Positions 9,269-19,331 of a DNA stretch of 64,000 nt are shown here, in pieces (position 1 is the first letter of the stretch; every line of letters begins with the position of its first letter). Origin of the DNA: an uncultured Bacilli bacterium. Lineage in GTDB: Bacteria; Bacillota_I; Bacilli_A; RF39; UBA660. A program made the position numbers and the translations under genes. The DNA lies in the NCBI GenBank assembly GCA_944358415.1, contig CALVRA010000006.1, forward strand, positions 4,142-68,141, written 5' to 3'. Under the pieces are notes generated by a model that saw only the letters and a list, made by a program, of their open reading frames with translations, had not been told where the DNA came from and ran no database searches.

Positions 9269-11341
9269 ATGGCTCGTGAATATAGTTTAGAAAAAACTCG
9301 TAATATTGGAATCATGGCCCACATCGATGCAGGTAAAACTACATGTACTGAAAGAATTTTATTCCATACTCATAAGATTCATAAAATCGGTGAAACTCAC
9401 GATGGTGAATCACAAATGGACTGGATGGAACAAGAACAAGAACGTGGTATTACTATTACATCAGCTGCAACAACTGCATATTGGAATGGCTATAGATTAA
9501 ATATTATCGACACTCCAGGACACGTTGACTTTACTGTTGAAGTTCAAAGAAGTTTACGTGTACTAGATGGTGCAGTTGCTTTAATCGATGCCCAAGCAGG
9601 TGTTGAACCACAAACTGAAACAGTTTGGAGACAAGCAACTGAATATAATGTTCCTAGAATGATTTTTGCCAATAAAATGGATAAAATGGGAGCAGATTTT
9701 GAATTTAGTTTAAAAAGTATTGAAGAGCGTTTAGGTGTTAATGCTAAACCAATTGAATGGCCTATTGGAGCTGAAAGTGATTTCAATGGTGTAATTGATT
9801 TAGTTACTAAAACTGCTTATAAATATGATGGAAAACCAGAAGAAAATCCAGAAGTCATTGATATTCCTGCTGATTTAGTAGATATAGTTGAAGAAAAACG
9901 TAATGACTTAATCGAAGCGGCTGCTGAATTTGACGATGATTTAATGAATAAATATTTAGAAGGTGAAGAAGTTTCAGTAGATGAAATTAAAGCAGCTATT
10001 AGAAAAGGAACTTTAGCTGTTAAATTCTTCCCAGTTATGTGCGGTACAGCACTAGGAAATAAAGGTATTAAATTATTACTTGATGCAGTTGTTGATTATT
10101 TACCAGCACCTACTGATGTAGAAGCTATCGAAGGTGTTGATATGAATGGTAATGAAATCAAAAGAGCACCTAGTGATAAAGAACCTTTCTCAGCTTTAGC
10201 ATTTAAAGTTATGACTGATCCATTTGTTGGACGTTTAACTTTCGTTAGAGTATATTCTGGTCATTTATCTAATGGTTCATATGTACTTAATTCTAATAAA
10301 GATAAAAAGGAAAGAGTAGGACGTATCTTACAGATGCATGCGAACCACAGACAAGAAATTACAGATATTTATACTGGTGATATTGCAGCAGTTGTCGGAC
10401 TTAAGAACACAACTACTGGAGATACTTTATGTGATGAAAAACATGCTTGTATTTTAGCTCCTATGGAATTTCCTGAACCAGTTATTGAACTTGCTGTTGA
10501 ACCAAAATCTAAAGATGACCAAGATAAGATGGCTTTAGCTTTACAAAAATTATCTGAAGAAGATCCAACATTTAGAGCTACTACTGATCATGAAACTGGT
10601 CAAACAATTATTGCTGGTGTTGGTGAATTACACCTAGATATTATTATCGACAGAATGAAAAGAGAATTCGGCGTTGAGGCTAATGTTGGTAACCCACAAG
10701 TTGCTTATAGAGAAACTATTAAACAAAAAGGTGACTGTGAAGGAAAATATATCAAACAATCAGGTGGACGTGGACAATATGGACATGTTTGGGTTGAGTT
10801 TGAACCAAATCCTGGTAAAGGATATGAATTTGTCGACGCTATTGTTGGTGGAGTTGTTCCAAGAGAATACATCCCAGTAGTAGATAAAGGACTTCAAGAA
10901 GCTATGGAATCAGGTATTTTAGCAGGATTCCCAGTAATCGATGTAAAAGCTACTTTACACGATGGTTCATATCATGATGTTGACTCATCAGAAATGGCTT
11001 TCAAAGTTGCGGCATCACTCGCTTTAAAAGAAGCTAAAAATAAATGTAATCCTGTTATTTTAGAGCCAATCATGAGCGTTGAGGTAACTGTTCCAGATGA
11101 ATTTTTAGGAACTGTTATGGGAGATATTACAGCTAGACGTGGTAGACCAATGGGACAAAGATCTCGTGGCAATGCATTAAGTATTGATGCTATGGTACCA
11201 CTTTCAGAAATGTTTGGTTATGTAACAAGTTTACGTTCTAATACACAAGGTAGAGGTAACTTCTCAATGAAGTTTGATCACTATGAAGAAGTACCTAAAA
11301 ATATCGCTGAAGATATTATCAAAAAAAATGGTGGAAACTAA
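9269..11341 (+). CDS. fusA: Elongation factor G
   Basis: [31 protein letters not shown]. Confidence 0.99.
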   Translation: MAREYSLEKTRNIGIMAHIDAGKTTCTERILFHTHKIHKIGETHDGESQMDWMEQEQERGITITSAATTAYWNGYRLNIIDTPGHVDFTVEVQRSLRVLDGAVALIDAQAGVEPQTETVWRQATEYNVPRMIFANKMDKMGADFEFSLKSIEERLGVNAKPIEWPIGAESDFNGVIDLVTKTAYKYDGKPEENPEVIDIPADLVDIVEEKRNDLIEAAAEFDDDLMNKYLEGEEVSVDEIKAAIRKGTLAVKFFPVMCGTALGNKGIKLLLDAVVDYLPAPTDVEAIEGVDMNGNEIKRAPSDKEPFSALAFKVMTDPFVGRLTFVRVYSGHLSNGSYVLNSNKDKKERVGRILQMHANHRQEITDIYTGDIAAVVGLKNTTTGDTLCDEKHACILAPMEFPEPVIELAVEPKSKDDQDKMALALQKLSEEDPTFRATTDHETGQTIIAGVGELHLDIIIDRMKREFGVEANVGNPQVAYRETIKQKGDCEGKYIKQSGGRGQYGHVWVEFEPNPGKGYEFVDAIVGGVVPREYIPVVDKGLQEAMESGILAGFPVIDVKATLHDGSYHDVDSSEMAFKVAASLALKEAKNKCNPVILEPIMSVEVTVPDEFLGTVMGDITARRGRPMGQRSRGNALSIDAMVPLSEMFGYVTSLRSNTQGRGNFSMKFDHYEEVPKNIAEDIIKKNGGN

Positions 11342-11351
11342 ATTAAAACAG

Positions 11352-11380
11352 TTGAAATTTTAGTTTAGACATGCTAAAAT
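11352..11380 (+). promoter_or_regulatory. Internal SigA promoter for tuf
   Basis: TTGAAA-17 bp-TAAAAT with an extended TG between fusA and tuf. Confidence 0.7.
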
Positions 11381-11414
11381 GTTTAATGAAATAAGAAAAA
11401 GGAGGAAATAAAAA

Positions 11415-12605
11415 ATGGCAAAAGAAAAATTTGACCGTTCAAAACCACATGTTAATATTGGTACTATTGGACACGTTGACCATGGTAAAACAACATTAAC
11501 TGCGGCTATTACAAAATATTTATCAGATCAAAACCCTAGCTGGGCTAAATTCGAAGCTTATGCTGATATCGATAAAGCTCCAGAAGAAAGAGAAAGAGGT
11601 ATTACTATTAATACTGCTCATATCGAATATGAGACAGCTAATAGACACTATGCTCACGTTGACTGCCCAGGCCACGCTGACTATGTTAAAAACATGATCA
11701 CTGGTGCTGCACAAATGGATGGTGCTATCTTAGTTATTGCGGCTACAGATGGACCTATGGCACAAACTCGTGAACACATCTTACTATCTCGTCAAGTTGG
11801 AGTACCTCGTATGGTTGTATTCTTAAACAAATGCGATATGGTAGATGACGAAGAATTATTAGACTTAGTTGAAATGGAAGTAAGAGAACTATTAACTGAA
11901 TATGGTTATGATGGTGACAATACTCCAATCATCAGAGGTTCTGCTTTAAAAGCTTTAGAAGGAGACGCTAATTACGAAGCTAAAATTGGTGAATTAATGG
12001 AAGCTGTTGATTCTTGGATTGAAACTCCAGTTCGTGATAATGACAAACCATTCTTAATGCCAATTGAAGATGTATTCACTATTACTGGACGTGGTACAGT
12101 TGTTACTGGACGTGTTGAACGTGGTGAATTAAAATTAAATGAAGAAGTTGAAATCGTTGGTCTTAAACCTACTAAGAAAACAGTTGTTACTGGTATCGAA
12201 ATGTTTAGAAAACAATTAGACTTCACTGAAGCTGGAGACAATACTGGTTTATTACTGCGTGGTGTTTCACGTGACGAGGTTGAAAGAGGACAAGTTATTG
12301 CTAAACCAGGATCAGTTACTCCACATACTAAGTTCAAAGCTCAAGTTTATGTACTTAGTAAAGAAGAAGGTGGAAGACATACTCCATTCTTCAGTAACTA
12401 CCGTCCACAATTCTACTTCCGTACAACTGATGTAACTGGTGTTATTGAACTACCTGAAGGTGTTGAAATGGTAATGCCTGGTGACAATGTTGAAATGACA
12501 GTAGAATTAATCGCACCAATTGCTATTGAAAATGGTACTAAATTCTCTATCCGTGAAGGTGGTAGAACAGTTGGTGCTGGTAACGTTTCAGAAGTTATCG
12601 AATAA
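11415..12605 (+). CDS. tuf: Elongation factor Tu
   Basis: [23 protein letters not shown]. Confidence 0.99.
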   Translation: MAKEKFDRSKPHVNIGTIGHVDHGKTTLTAAITKYLSDQNPSWAKFEAYADIDKAPEERERGITINTAHIEYETANRHYAHVDCPGHADYVKNMITGAAQMDGAILVIAATDGPMAQTREHILLSRQVGVPRMVVFLNKCDMVDDEELLDLVEMEVRELLTEYGYDGDNTPIIRGSALKALEGDANYEAKIGELMEAVDSWIETPVRDNDKPFLMPIEDVFTITGRGTVVTGRVERGELKLNEEVEIVGLKPTKKTVVTGIEMFRKQLDFTEAGDNTGLLLRGVSRDEVERGQVIAKPGSVTPHTKFKAQVYVLSKEEGGRHTPFFSNYRPQFYFRTTDVTGVIELPEGVEMVMPGDNVEMTVELIAPIAIENGTKFSIREGGRTVGAGNVSEVIE

Positions 12606-12620
12606 TAATTGTTTATTAAA

Positions 12621-12646
12621 ATCAGAGATTTATTCTCTGGTTTTTT
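12621..12646 (+). terminator. Terminator of the str operon
   Basis: ATCAGAGA-tttat-TCTCTGGT followed by T run. Confidence 0.75.
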
Positions 12647-12696
12647 CTTGCTTTATTTTTGTTTTTATTGTATATTTATAATAGGGAGGAATAAAG

Positions 12697-13065
12697 ATGA
12701 ATAAAAAGGGACTTAATAAAGAATTTAAGAATTATGAGAGAAATGTAACAATTGTTTTAGTTGTTTTAACAGCTATTAGTTTAATAATTGATTTTATTGC
12801 ATATACTGGTATGGTATATAGTGATGGAACTTTATATAATACTGATGCAATAAGGGTTATTATGAATAGCGGTTTATTTATGTTATTAATTTGGGTAGAT
12901 AATATTGCTATTTATATAACTAATTTATTTTATTTTGCTGGTATTATCTCTTCTAAACGTGATATGATTGTTAAAATTGCTTTTATGATTTTCTCTGTTC
13001 TTTCAACAATTTTAATTAATCTTCAAATTGTTAATTTAATAGCTGATTTGTTTGGAATATTTTAA
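12697..13065 (+). CDS. Hypothetical membrane protein (about 3 TM)
   Basis: Strong GGGAGGA RBS; hydrophobic segments. Confidence 0.7.
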   Translation: MNKKGLNKEFKNYERNVTIVLVVLTAISLIIDFIAYTGMVYSDGTLYNTDAIRVIMNSGLFMLLIWVDNIAIYITNLFYFAGIISSKRDMIVKIAFMIFSVLSTILINLQIVNLIADLFGIF

Positions 13066-13236
13066 AAGATAATATGTTAAATAACGTGTGGCGTAAATTT
13101 AAAATAGCACTGTAAATTTACGCTATTATATTACTATTTTTCTGATTGATAGAAGAAATTTTTATGTTACAATAAGCGATATTTGATATTTGTCACTTGT
13201 GAATTTTTACAAGTGCTTTTAATATTGGCTATTTTA

Positions 13237-13265
13237 TTGACTTTTATCTTTAAAACCAATATAAT
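13237..13265 (+). promoter_or_regulatory. SigA promoter of the hisS-aspS operon
   Basis: TTGACT-17 bp-TATAAT. Confidence 0.7.
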
Positions 13266-13290
13266 TTTAAATAGTGAAAGGGTGTTTATT

Positions 13291-14571
13291 ATGTTACAAA
13301 AACCAAAAGGAACTTATGATATATATGGAGATAAAGCGGAAACTTATCTTTATTTTAGAAAATTAGTAGAGGCACTTATGGATAAATATAATGCGAAGTT
13401 TTTTGAAACGCCAATATTTGAAGCTAGCGAGCTTTTTCATAGAGGAGTAGGAGAGACTACTGATATTGTAAGTAAAGAAACTTATGATTTTAAAGATAGA
13501 GGAGATAGAAATTTAACTTTGAGACCAGAAGGAACTGCTGGAATTGTTAGGGCTTTTATAGAAAATAAATTATATGCAGGAAATTTGCCTTTAAAAGCTT
13601 GGTATTTGGGTCCAATGTTTAGATATGAAAGACCGCAAGCTGGTAGATATAGAGAATTTTATCAGTTTGGATTTGAGGCTTTTGGGTCTTTTGATGCAAT
13701 GATGGATGCGGAAGTTATTGGAATTGTCTATAATTTATTTAAAATACTTGGTTTAAAAGGTGTGAGTGTGAATATAAATACTTTAGGTGATAAAGAGTCC
13801 AGGGAAAATTATAGAAAAGCTTTACTTGAGTATTTCAAGCCGTATTTAAATGATTTATGCGATGATTGCAGAAGAAGATATGAAAAAAATCCACTTCGTA
13901 TTTTAGATTGTAAAGTTGATAGTAATAATGAGATTATGAAAGATGCTCCAAAAATGGTAGATTATTTGAATGAGGAAAGTAAAGAACATTTTGAAAAAGT
14001 TTTGAAGTATTTATCTGATATGGGTATTAGTTATAAGGTAAATTCTAATATTGTCAGAGGTCTTGATTATTATACACATACAGTTTTTGAAGTAGTGGCT
14101 GATATTGATGGTTTTGGAGCTCAAAATACTTTGGCGGCAGGTGGAAGATATAATCATTTAGTAGAGTTTGTTGGTGGACCTAGTATGCCTGGCGTTGGTT
14201 TTGCTTTGGGAATTGAAAGGTTATTTTTAGCTTTAGAAGCTGAGGAAATTGATATTAGGGAAAAGATTAATCCTGATGTTTATATTTTCAGTGTAGGTGA
14301 TGAATTTAAAGGAAATGTTTTAAGTTTAGCTAATGATTTAAGGATGGCTGGGTTTAATGTAGATATTGATTATAATAGTAAAAGTTTTAAAAGTAATTTT
14401 AAGAAAGCTGATAGTCTTTTAGTACACTTTATTATAATTATTGGTGAAGAGGAAGTTAAATCGAAGATTTTAACTATAAAGAATAATATTACAAAAGAGG
14501 AATATAAAGTTAAGTTAGATGAAATAATCGAATTTTTAGATGAAAAAATAGGTGATGAGGATGAAGATTAA
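13291..14571 (+). CDS. hisS: Histidyl-tRNA synthetase
   Basis: LRPEGTA, FRYERPQAGRYREF, VRGLDYY, GGRY; start moved to ATG 13291 (RBS GAAAGGGTG, MLQKPKGT). Confidence 0.98.
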   Translation: MLQKPKGTYDIYGDKAETYLYFRKLVEALMDKYNAKFFETPIFEASELFHRGVGETTDIVSKETYDFKDRGDRNLTLRPEGTAGIVRAFIENKLYAGNLPLKAWYLGPMFRYERPQAGRYREFYQFGFEAFGSFDAMMDAEVIGIVYNLFKILGLKGVSVNINTLGDKESRENYRKALLEYFKPYLNDLCDDCRRRYEKNPLRILDCKVDSNNEIMKDAPKMVDYLNEESKEHFEKVLKYLSDMGISYKVNSNIVRGLDYYTHTVFEVVADIDGFGAQNTLAAGGRYNHLVEFVGGPSMPGVGFALGIERLFLALEAEEIDIREKINPDVYIFSVGDEFKGNVLSLANDLRMAGFNVDIDYNSKSFKSNFKKADSLLVHFIIIIGEEEVKSKILTIKNNITKEEYKVKLDEIIEFLDEKIGDEDED

Positions 14572-16285
14572 TAATACTAGTTTAAGCAAAAAAAATGAGG
14601 GTGAGATAGTTACTCTTTATGGCTGGGTTAATAAAAAAAGAGATTTAGGTGGACTTATTTTTATTGATTTAAGGGATAGAAGTGGAATTATTCAATTAGT
14701 CATTGATCCAGCAAGTGATGTTTATGAAAAGGCCAGTGAGCTTAAAAGTGAATATGTTATAAAGGTAAATGGTAAGGTTGTTTTAAGAAAGGAAGCAAAT
14801 TCTAATTTAAAAACAGGGGAGGTTGAGGTTGAAGTTTCTTCATTAGAGATTTTGAATAAGTGTTTAGATTTGCCATTTGATTTAAATAATGTGACAGCTT
14901 TAGAAGAGACTAGATTAAAATATCGTTATTTAGATTTAAGAAGAGAAGAAATGAAAAATAATTTATTAGTAAGGCATAGGGTTTTACAAAGTGTGCGAAA
15001 TTATTTGAATTCTTTAGATTTTATGGAAATTGAGACACCAATACTTTGTAAGTCGACTCCTGAGGGGGCAAGAGATTATTTGGTTCCATCTAGGGTAAAC
15101 AAGGGATGTTTTTATGCATTGCCACAGTCACCTCAACTTTTTAAGCAAATTTTAATGATGGGTTCTTTGGAAAAATATTATCAAATTGCGAGATGTTTTA
15201 GAGATGAGGATTTAAGAGCGGATAGGCAGCCAGAATTTACACAGATAGATATGGAAATGAGTTTTTTATCGCAAGATGAGATTATGAGTATTACTGAGGG
15301 TTTGCTTTATAATTTGTTTAAAGATGTGAAAGGAATAGAAATTAGCCTACCTATTAATCGAATGACTTATGATGAGGCAATCAATTTATATGGTTCAGAT
15401 AAGCCTGATTTGAGATTTGAAAATAGAATTTATGATATTACTTTAGATTTTAAGGAAAGTGATTTCAGTTTATTTAATAATATTATTAATGAGGGTGGAA
15501 TTATTAATGCTTTAGTTTTTAATGCGGCAGATAAGTATTCTAGGAAAGATATTGATAAGTTAGGTGAATATGTAAAAACTTATGGGGCTAAGGCACTTGC
15601 TTTTCTTAAATATAATGGGGAGTTTTCTGGAAGTATTTCAAAGTTCGTAGATGAGAAAATAGGAGATAGTTTAGTTAAAAAGTTAGATTTAAAAGATAAT
15701 GATTTGATTTTAATTATTGCAGGCGATAAGAAAATGGTTAAGACATCTTTAGGGGCTTTAAGAATTAAGATGGCGAGAGATTTAAAAATGATAGATAATA
15801 ATAAATTTGCCTTTACTTGGGTTACGGATTTTCCAATGTTTGAGTATAGTAGTGAGGAAGAGAGATATATTGCTTGTCATCATCCATTTACTTTACCAAA
15901 GGATATTAATAGTTTATCTGATAAAGAAAATGCGAAAGCTTATGCTTATGATATTGTTATAAATGGGTATGAAGCTGGAGGTGGAAGCCTTAGAATATAT
16001 GACCCTGATATGCAGGAAAAGGTTTTAGAAGAGCTTGGATTTAGTAAGGAAAGTGCGGAGAAGCAGTTTGGTTTTTTAATTAATGCTTTGAATTATGGAT
16101 GTCCACCTCACGGCGGACTAGCACTTGGGCTTGAGAGATTAGTTATGATTTTATGTGGGACGGAGAATATTCGTGATGTGATTGCTTTTCCTAAGACTAC
16201 TAGTGCTTCTTGTTTGATGACTGATGCACCAAGTGAGGTTTCTTTAAAACAGTTAGAGGAGTTACATATAAAACTTAATGATTAG
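14561..16285 (+). CDS. aspS: Aspartyl-tRNA synthetase
   Basis: FIDLRDRSG, TPEGARDY, LPQSPQLFKQ, CFRDEDLRADRQPEFTQ, PPHGG; alternative start 14552. Confidence 0.98.
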   Translation: MKINNTSLSKKNEGEIVTLYGWVNKKRDLGGLIFIDLRDRSGIIQLVIDPASDVYEKASELKSEYVIKVNGKVVLRKEANSNLKTGEVEVEVSSLEILNKCLDLPFDLNNVTALEETRLKYRYLDLRREEMKNNLLVRHRVLQSVRNYLNSLDFMEIETPILCKSTPEGARDYLVPSRVNKGCFYALPQSPQLFKQILMMGSLEKYYQIARCFRDEDLRADRQPEFTQIDMEMSFLSQDEIMSITEGLLYNLFKDVKGIEISLPINRMTYDEAINLYGSDKPDLRFENRIYDITLDFKESDFSLFNNIINEGGIINALVFNAADKYSRKDIDKLGEYVKTYGAKALAFLKYNGEFSGSISKFVDEKIGDSLVKKLDLKDNDLILIIAGDKKMVKTSLGALRIKMARDLKMIDNNKFAFTWVTDFPMFEYSSEEERYIACHHPFTLPKDINSLSDKENAKAYAYDIVINGYEAGGGSLRIYDPDMQEKVLEELGFSKESAEKQFGFLINALNYGCPPHGGLALGLERLVMILCGTENIRDVIAFPKTTSASCLMTDAPSEVSLKQLEELHIKLND

Positions 16286-16309
16286 AGGCTTAAAGATAAG
16301 GTGGTTTAT

Positions 16310-17254
16310 ATGCAAGATTATTTAATTTATGAATTACTTAAAGATGAACTTAGAATTCAAGATAAAGCTTTAAGAAAATTGATTTGGCTTTTTAATAAAA
16401 TATTTTATTCAGAATGTGATTTTAAACAGAATATTTTACTTATTGGAAAAAGAGGAAGTGGTAAGACGACAATGCTTAAAAAAGTAGCAGAGTTGATGAA
16501 AATTCCAATGGGTGAAGTTTATAATATGTTTGGAATGGATGGATATAATGGGGATTTATTTGTAAATGGAATTTATCAAATGATGAATGATAGTAGTGAT
16601 GGACGTGGAATTTTGCTTCTGCACGATTTTCAGAATAATTTTATATATGATACTAGTGATGGCTTTAATTCTATGATTGCATCTGGGATTATGCAAATTG
16701 GTGATGGGGCATTTTATAATACTTCTAATATTACTATTGTAGGTGAGATTGATACTAATAATGTGACAGATTTGTTTCCTAAAGATAGAGATTATCTAGC
16801 AGATTTTGAAAATTATAGATTTATGTCACCTACGCTTAATCTTTTACACGATTATATTTCTGATGATAATAAGATTTATGTGGATGAGAATAATAATAAA
16901 GTGGCTAGTTTAGGTCTTGAGAAGTATGTGGCTGATAGAATTAGAAATAGTTTTTTGTCTACATGTACTCAAAATGCTTTTGGGGAAAAAATTTATATGG
17001 ATGATATGAATATGGAGGTAATATTAAGTGCTTTAAAGTCTCCTTTATCTGATTTAAACTTATACCGTGATGATTTAAGTAAGGATTATTTGTTATCTGA
17101 TGCTTTTGTTAAAGAAATTGCCTATCAAATTATGGAAAGTGGTGAGGGACTTCATTATGTTCGAAAGGCGGCTTTGGATACTATTTTTCGTGATTTTAAG
17201 TATAATAATAAAATTTTAAAAAAAGATTCTTTATTTAGTGTAAATAAAAAGTAG
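16310..17254 (+). CDS. Divergent ClpX-like AAA+ protein 1, catalytic motifs degenerate
   Basis: KQNILLIGKRGSGKT Walker A; Walker B position reads GILLLHDF; no Zn-binding domain; alternative start 16301. Confidence 0.7.
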   Translation: MQDYLIYELLKDELRIQDKALRKLIWLFNKIFYSECDFKQNILLIGKRGSGKTTMLKKVAELMKIPMGEVYNMFGMDGYNGDLFVNGIYQMMNDSSDGRGILLLHDFQNNFIYDTSDGFNSMIASGIMQIGDGAFYNTSNITIVGEIDTNNVTDLFPKDRDYLADFENYRFMSPTLNLLHDYISDDNKIYVDENNNKVASLGLEKYVADRIRNSFLSTCTQNAFGEKIYMDDMNMEVILSALKSPLSDLNLYRDDLSKDYLLSDAFVKEIAYQIMESGEGLHYVRKAALDTIFRDFKYNNKILKKDSLFSVNKK

Positions 17255-17264
17255 TGGTGATTTT

Positions 17265-18194
17265 ATGAATACAAAAGATATTTATAGTGAGCTTTCTAGT
17301 TTACTTTGTAATCAAGATAGAGTTTTAAAAGATTTGATTTTGACTTTAGCTAATAACAGAAAAGTAGCTAGGCCTAAGAATGTGTTATTGGTGGGACCGC
17401 TTGGAAGTGGTAAGACAACAATGGTTCAATTGGTGGCAAATAGAATGGATATTCCTTTGGCTGAGGTTTCTGGATTTTGTACTTTTAATGGAGTGAACAA
17501 TAAAGTTTTATATGATGCTTTTTCGAAGTTATATGTTTTGAACGAAAGTGAGAATTGCTCTGGGATTGTTTTAATTCATGATATGCGAGAATGCTTTTTA
17601 TATGGGGGATTTTCTGCTTTGGAGTCTTTGATTACCTCTGCAATGTTTACTTATGAAAATCATTTTTTAGATTTATCTAAAACGATGTTTATTGGTGAGG
17701 TTGACAATAATGGCTTTGAGGACTGTTTTTTACCTAAACCAGAATATACGCTTGATAGGTTAGAAGAGGCTATAATGACTTTGGATTATTCTGGTGATGA
17801 GGTTAAGAAAATTATTGAGGATTTGGTTTTATTTGGGAATGAGAATGATGATGCGGAAGAGGTTTATACACCAAAATATAGGACAGCTTTAAGGAATACT
17901 TTTTTATCGGTGGAATGTAATAAAGTTTTTCATAAGAAAATTTTTATGGATAATATGAAGCTAGAGGATATTAAAAAAGCTTTGAATTCACCAATTTCTG
18001 AACTTAAAGTATATTCAGATGATTTATGCGAAGAATATATGACCTCGTCTAGATTTATTAATTCGGTTGCTAGTCATATAAAGGAAAGTATGGTAGGACT
18101 TCATGATTTAGATGCGGCAGTGACAGAAGTTGCTGATTTCGATAATAGTAGAAAGGTTAAAGTTTATAAAGATAATTCTTTAATGAGATTATGA
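17265..18194 (+). CDS. Divergent ClpX-like AAA+ protein 2, paralog of the previous gene
   Basis: KNVLLVGPLGSGKT Walker A; Walker B position GIVLIHDM; shares FxGExDxN, RNxFLS, KIxMDxM, ALxSPxSxLxxYxDDL and GLH with paralog 1. Confidence 0.7.
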   Translation: MNTKDIYSELSSLLCNQDRVLKDLILTLANNRKVARPKNVLLVGPLGSGKTTMVQLVANRMDIPLAEVSGFCTFNGVNNKVLYDAFSKLYVLNESENCSGIVLIHDMRECFLYGGFSALESLITSAMFTYENHFLDLSKTMFIGEVDNNGFEDCFLPKPEYTLDRLEEAIMTLDYSGDEVKKIIEDLVLFGNENDDAEEVYTPKYRTALRNTFLSVECNKVFHKKIFMDNMKLEDIKKALNSPISELKVYSDDLCEEYMTSSRFINSVASHIKESMVGLHDLDAAVTEVADFDNSRKVKVYKDNSLMRL

Positions 18195-18994
18195 ATATGG
18201 AAAAAGTTAAGGAAATAGAGCGTAGTATTATTAAGAAGTTTAGACCTTCTATTTGGCATCCTTTTGTGAAAGCTATAAATGATTATAATTTGATTGAAGA
18301 AAATGATAAGATTGCAGTGTGTATAAGTGGTGGTAAAGATTCATTTTTATTAGCTAAATGTTTAGAAGAACTTCAAAGACATGGAAAGGTTAATTTTGAA
18401 CTAAAATATATTATTATGAATCCTGGTTATACGGATGATGTTTTAAATAAATTAAAGGAAAATTTGGAAATTTTAAAAATATCTGCAGATATTTTTAAAA
18501 GTCCTATTTTTAACTTTATTGATGATAAGAAAAATCCATGTTATTTGTGTGCAAAAATGAGAAGAGGTTATTTATATAGTTATGCGGAAAAGTTAGGGTG
18601 TAATAAGATTGCTTTAGGTCATCATTTTGATGATGCTTTAGAAACTATTTTAATGAATTTAATTTATAATGGGATGTATGCTGGTATGCTTCCTAAGTTA
18701 AAAAGTGATAATTTTGAAGGAATGGAGTTAATTAGACCTTTGTTTTTAGTTAGGGAAAAGGAAATAAAGGAGTGGGCCAAATATAATAATCTATCTTTTG
18801 TAGATTGTGGATGTTTTGTAGCACAGAAGAATAGTGGTAAACGTATTTTGATGAAACAGTTAGTTGATGAATTAAAAGACTACTATATTGATGCGGATAG
18901 AAATATTTTTAATTCTCTTAGTAATGTTAAACTTAATAAAGTTATTAAATATTATGAAAATGGTGAAGAAAATAGTTTTTTAGATAAGTATTAG
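18191..18994 (+). CDS. ttcA: tRNA 2-thiocytidine biosynthesis protein, TtcA family
   Basis: PP-loop SGGKDS, CYLC, GHHFDD, LIRPL, CGC. Confidence 0.85.
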   Translation: MNMEKVKEIERSIIKKFRPSIWHPFVKAINDYNLIEENDKIAVCISGGKDSFLLAKCLEELQRHGKVNFELKYIIMNPGYTDDVLNKLKENLEILKISADIFKSPIFNFIDDKKNPCYLCAKMRRGYLYSYAEKLGCNKIALGHHFDDALETILMNLIYNGMYAGMLPKLKSDNFEGMELIRPLFLVREKEIKEWAKYNNLSFVDCGCFVAQKNSGKRILMKQLVDELKDYYIDADRNIFNSLSNVKLNKVIKYYENGEENSFLDKY

Positions 18995-19099
18995 TTATGA
19001 TTTAATTGTTATAGTTTTTAATAAGTAAATTTTAAGAAAATAATGTGAAGTTTTGTAAAGATACTGTTCAAAAAGATATATATATGGTATAATTTAATT

Positions 19100-19266
19100 G
19101 TCTAAAAGAAGAATACCATTATGAAAAACCTACTAAGTATAACGATTGGGAATCTAATTCACTGATGGTGTAGAATACTTTAATTTATTAAAGGATCCTA
19201 AAATTGGTGATGTGGTGCCCACCTGGGAGATCAGGTTTTTAATTCGTTAAGGTTTCTCTTTTGGAC
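19100..19266 (+). ncRNA. ssrS: 6S RNA
   Basis: 167 nt; ends pair (GTCTAAAAGAAGAATACC / GGTTTCTCTTTTGGAC); CCCACCTG...CAGGTT motif typical of Bacillota 6S; extended -10 TGGTATAAT at 19085-19093; downstream of aspS, as for B. subtilis 6S-1. Confidence 0.75.
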
Positions 19267-19277
19267 TTTTCTTATTT

Positions 19278-19306
19278 GAAAAGTTCTTGAAATTCAAGGG
19301 CTTTTC
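19278..19306. terminator. Hairpin between 6S RNA and the convergent rnhC
   Basis: GAAAAGTTCTTGAA-a-TTCAAGGGCTTTTC. Confidence 0.6.
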
Positions 19307-19331
19307 TTTACTTTGAATAAAAATAAAAGAA

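Noticed and set aside
2861-12337. Short alternative-frame and antisense ORFs inside uvrA, fusA and tuf
   Set aside because: They lie wholly within conserved genes, lack RBS or motifs, and are expected shadows of codon bias
13183-13290. Hydrophobic N-terminal extension on HisS suggesting a membrane-anchored synthetase
   Set aside because: It spans a hairpin and the hisS promoter; the RBS and homology point to ATG 13291
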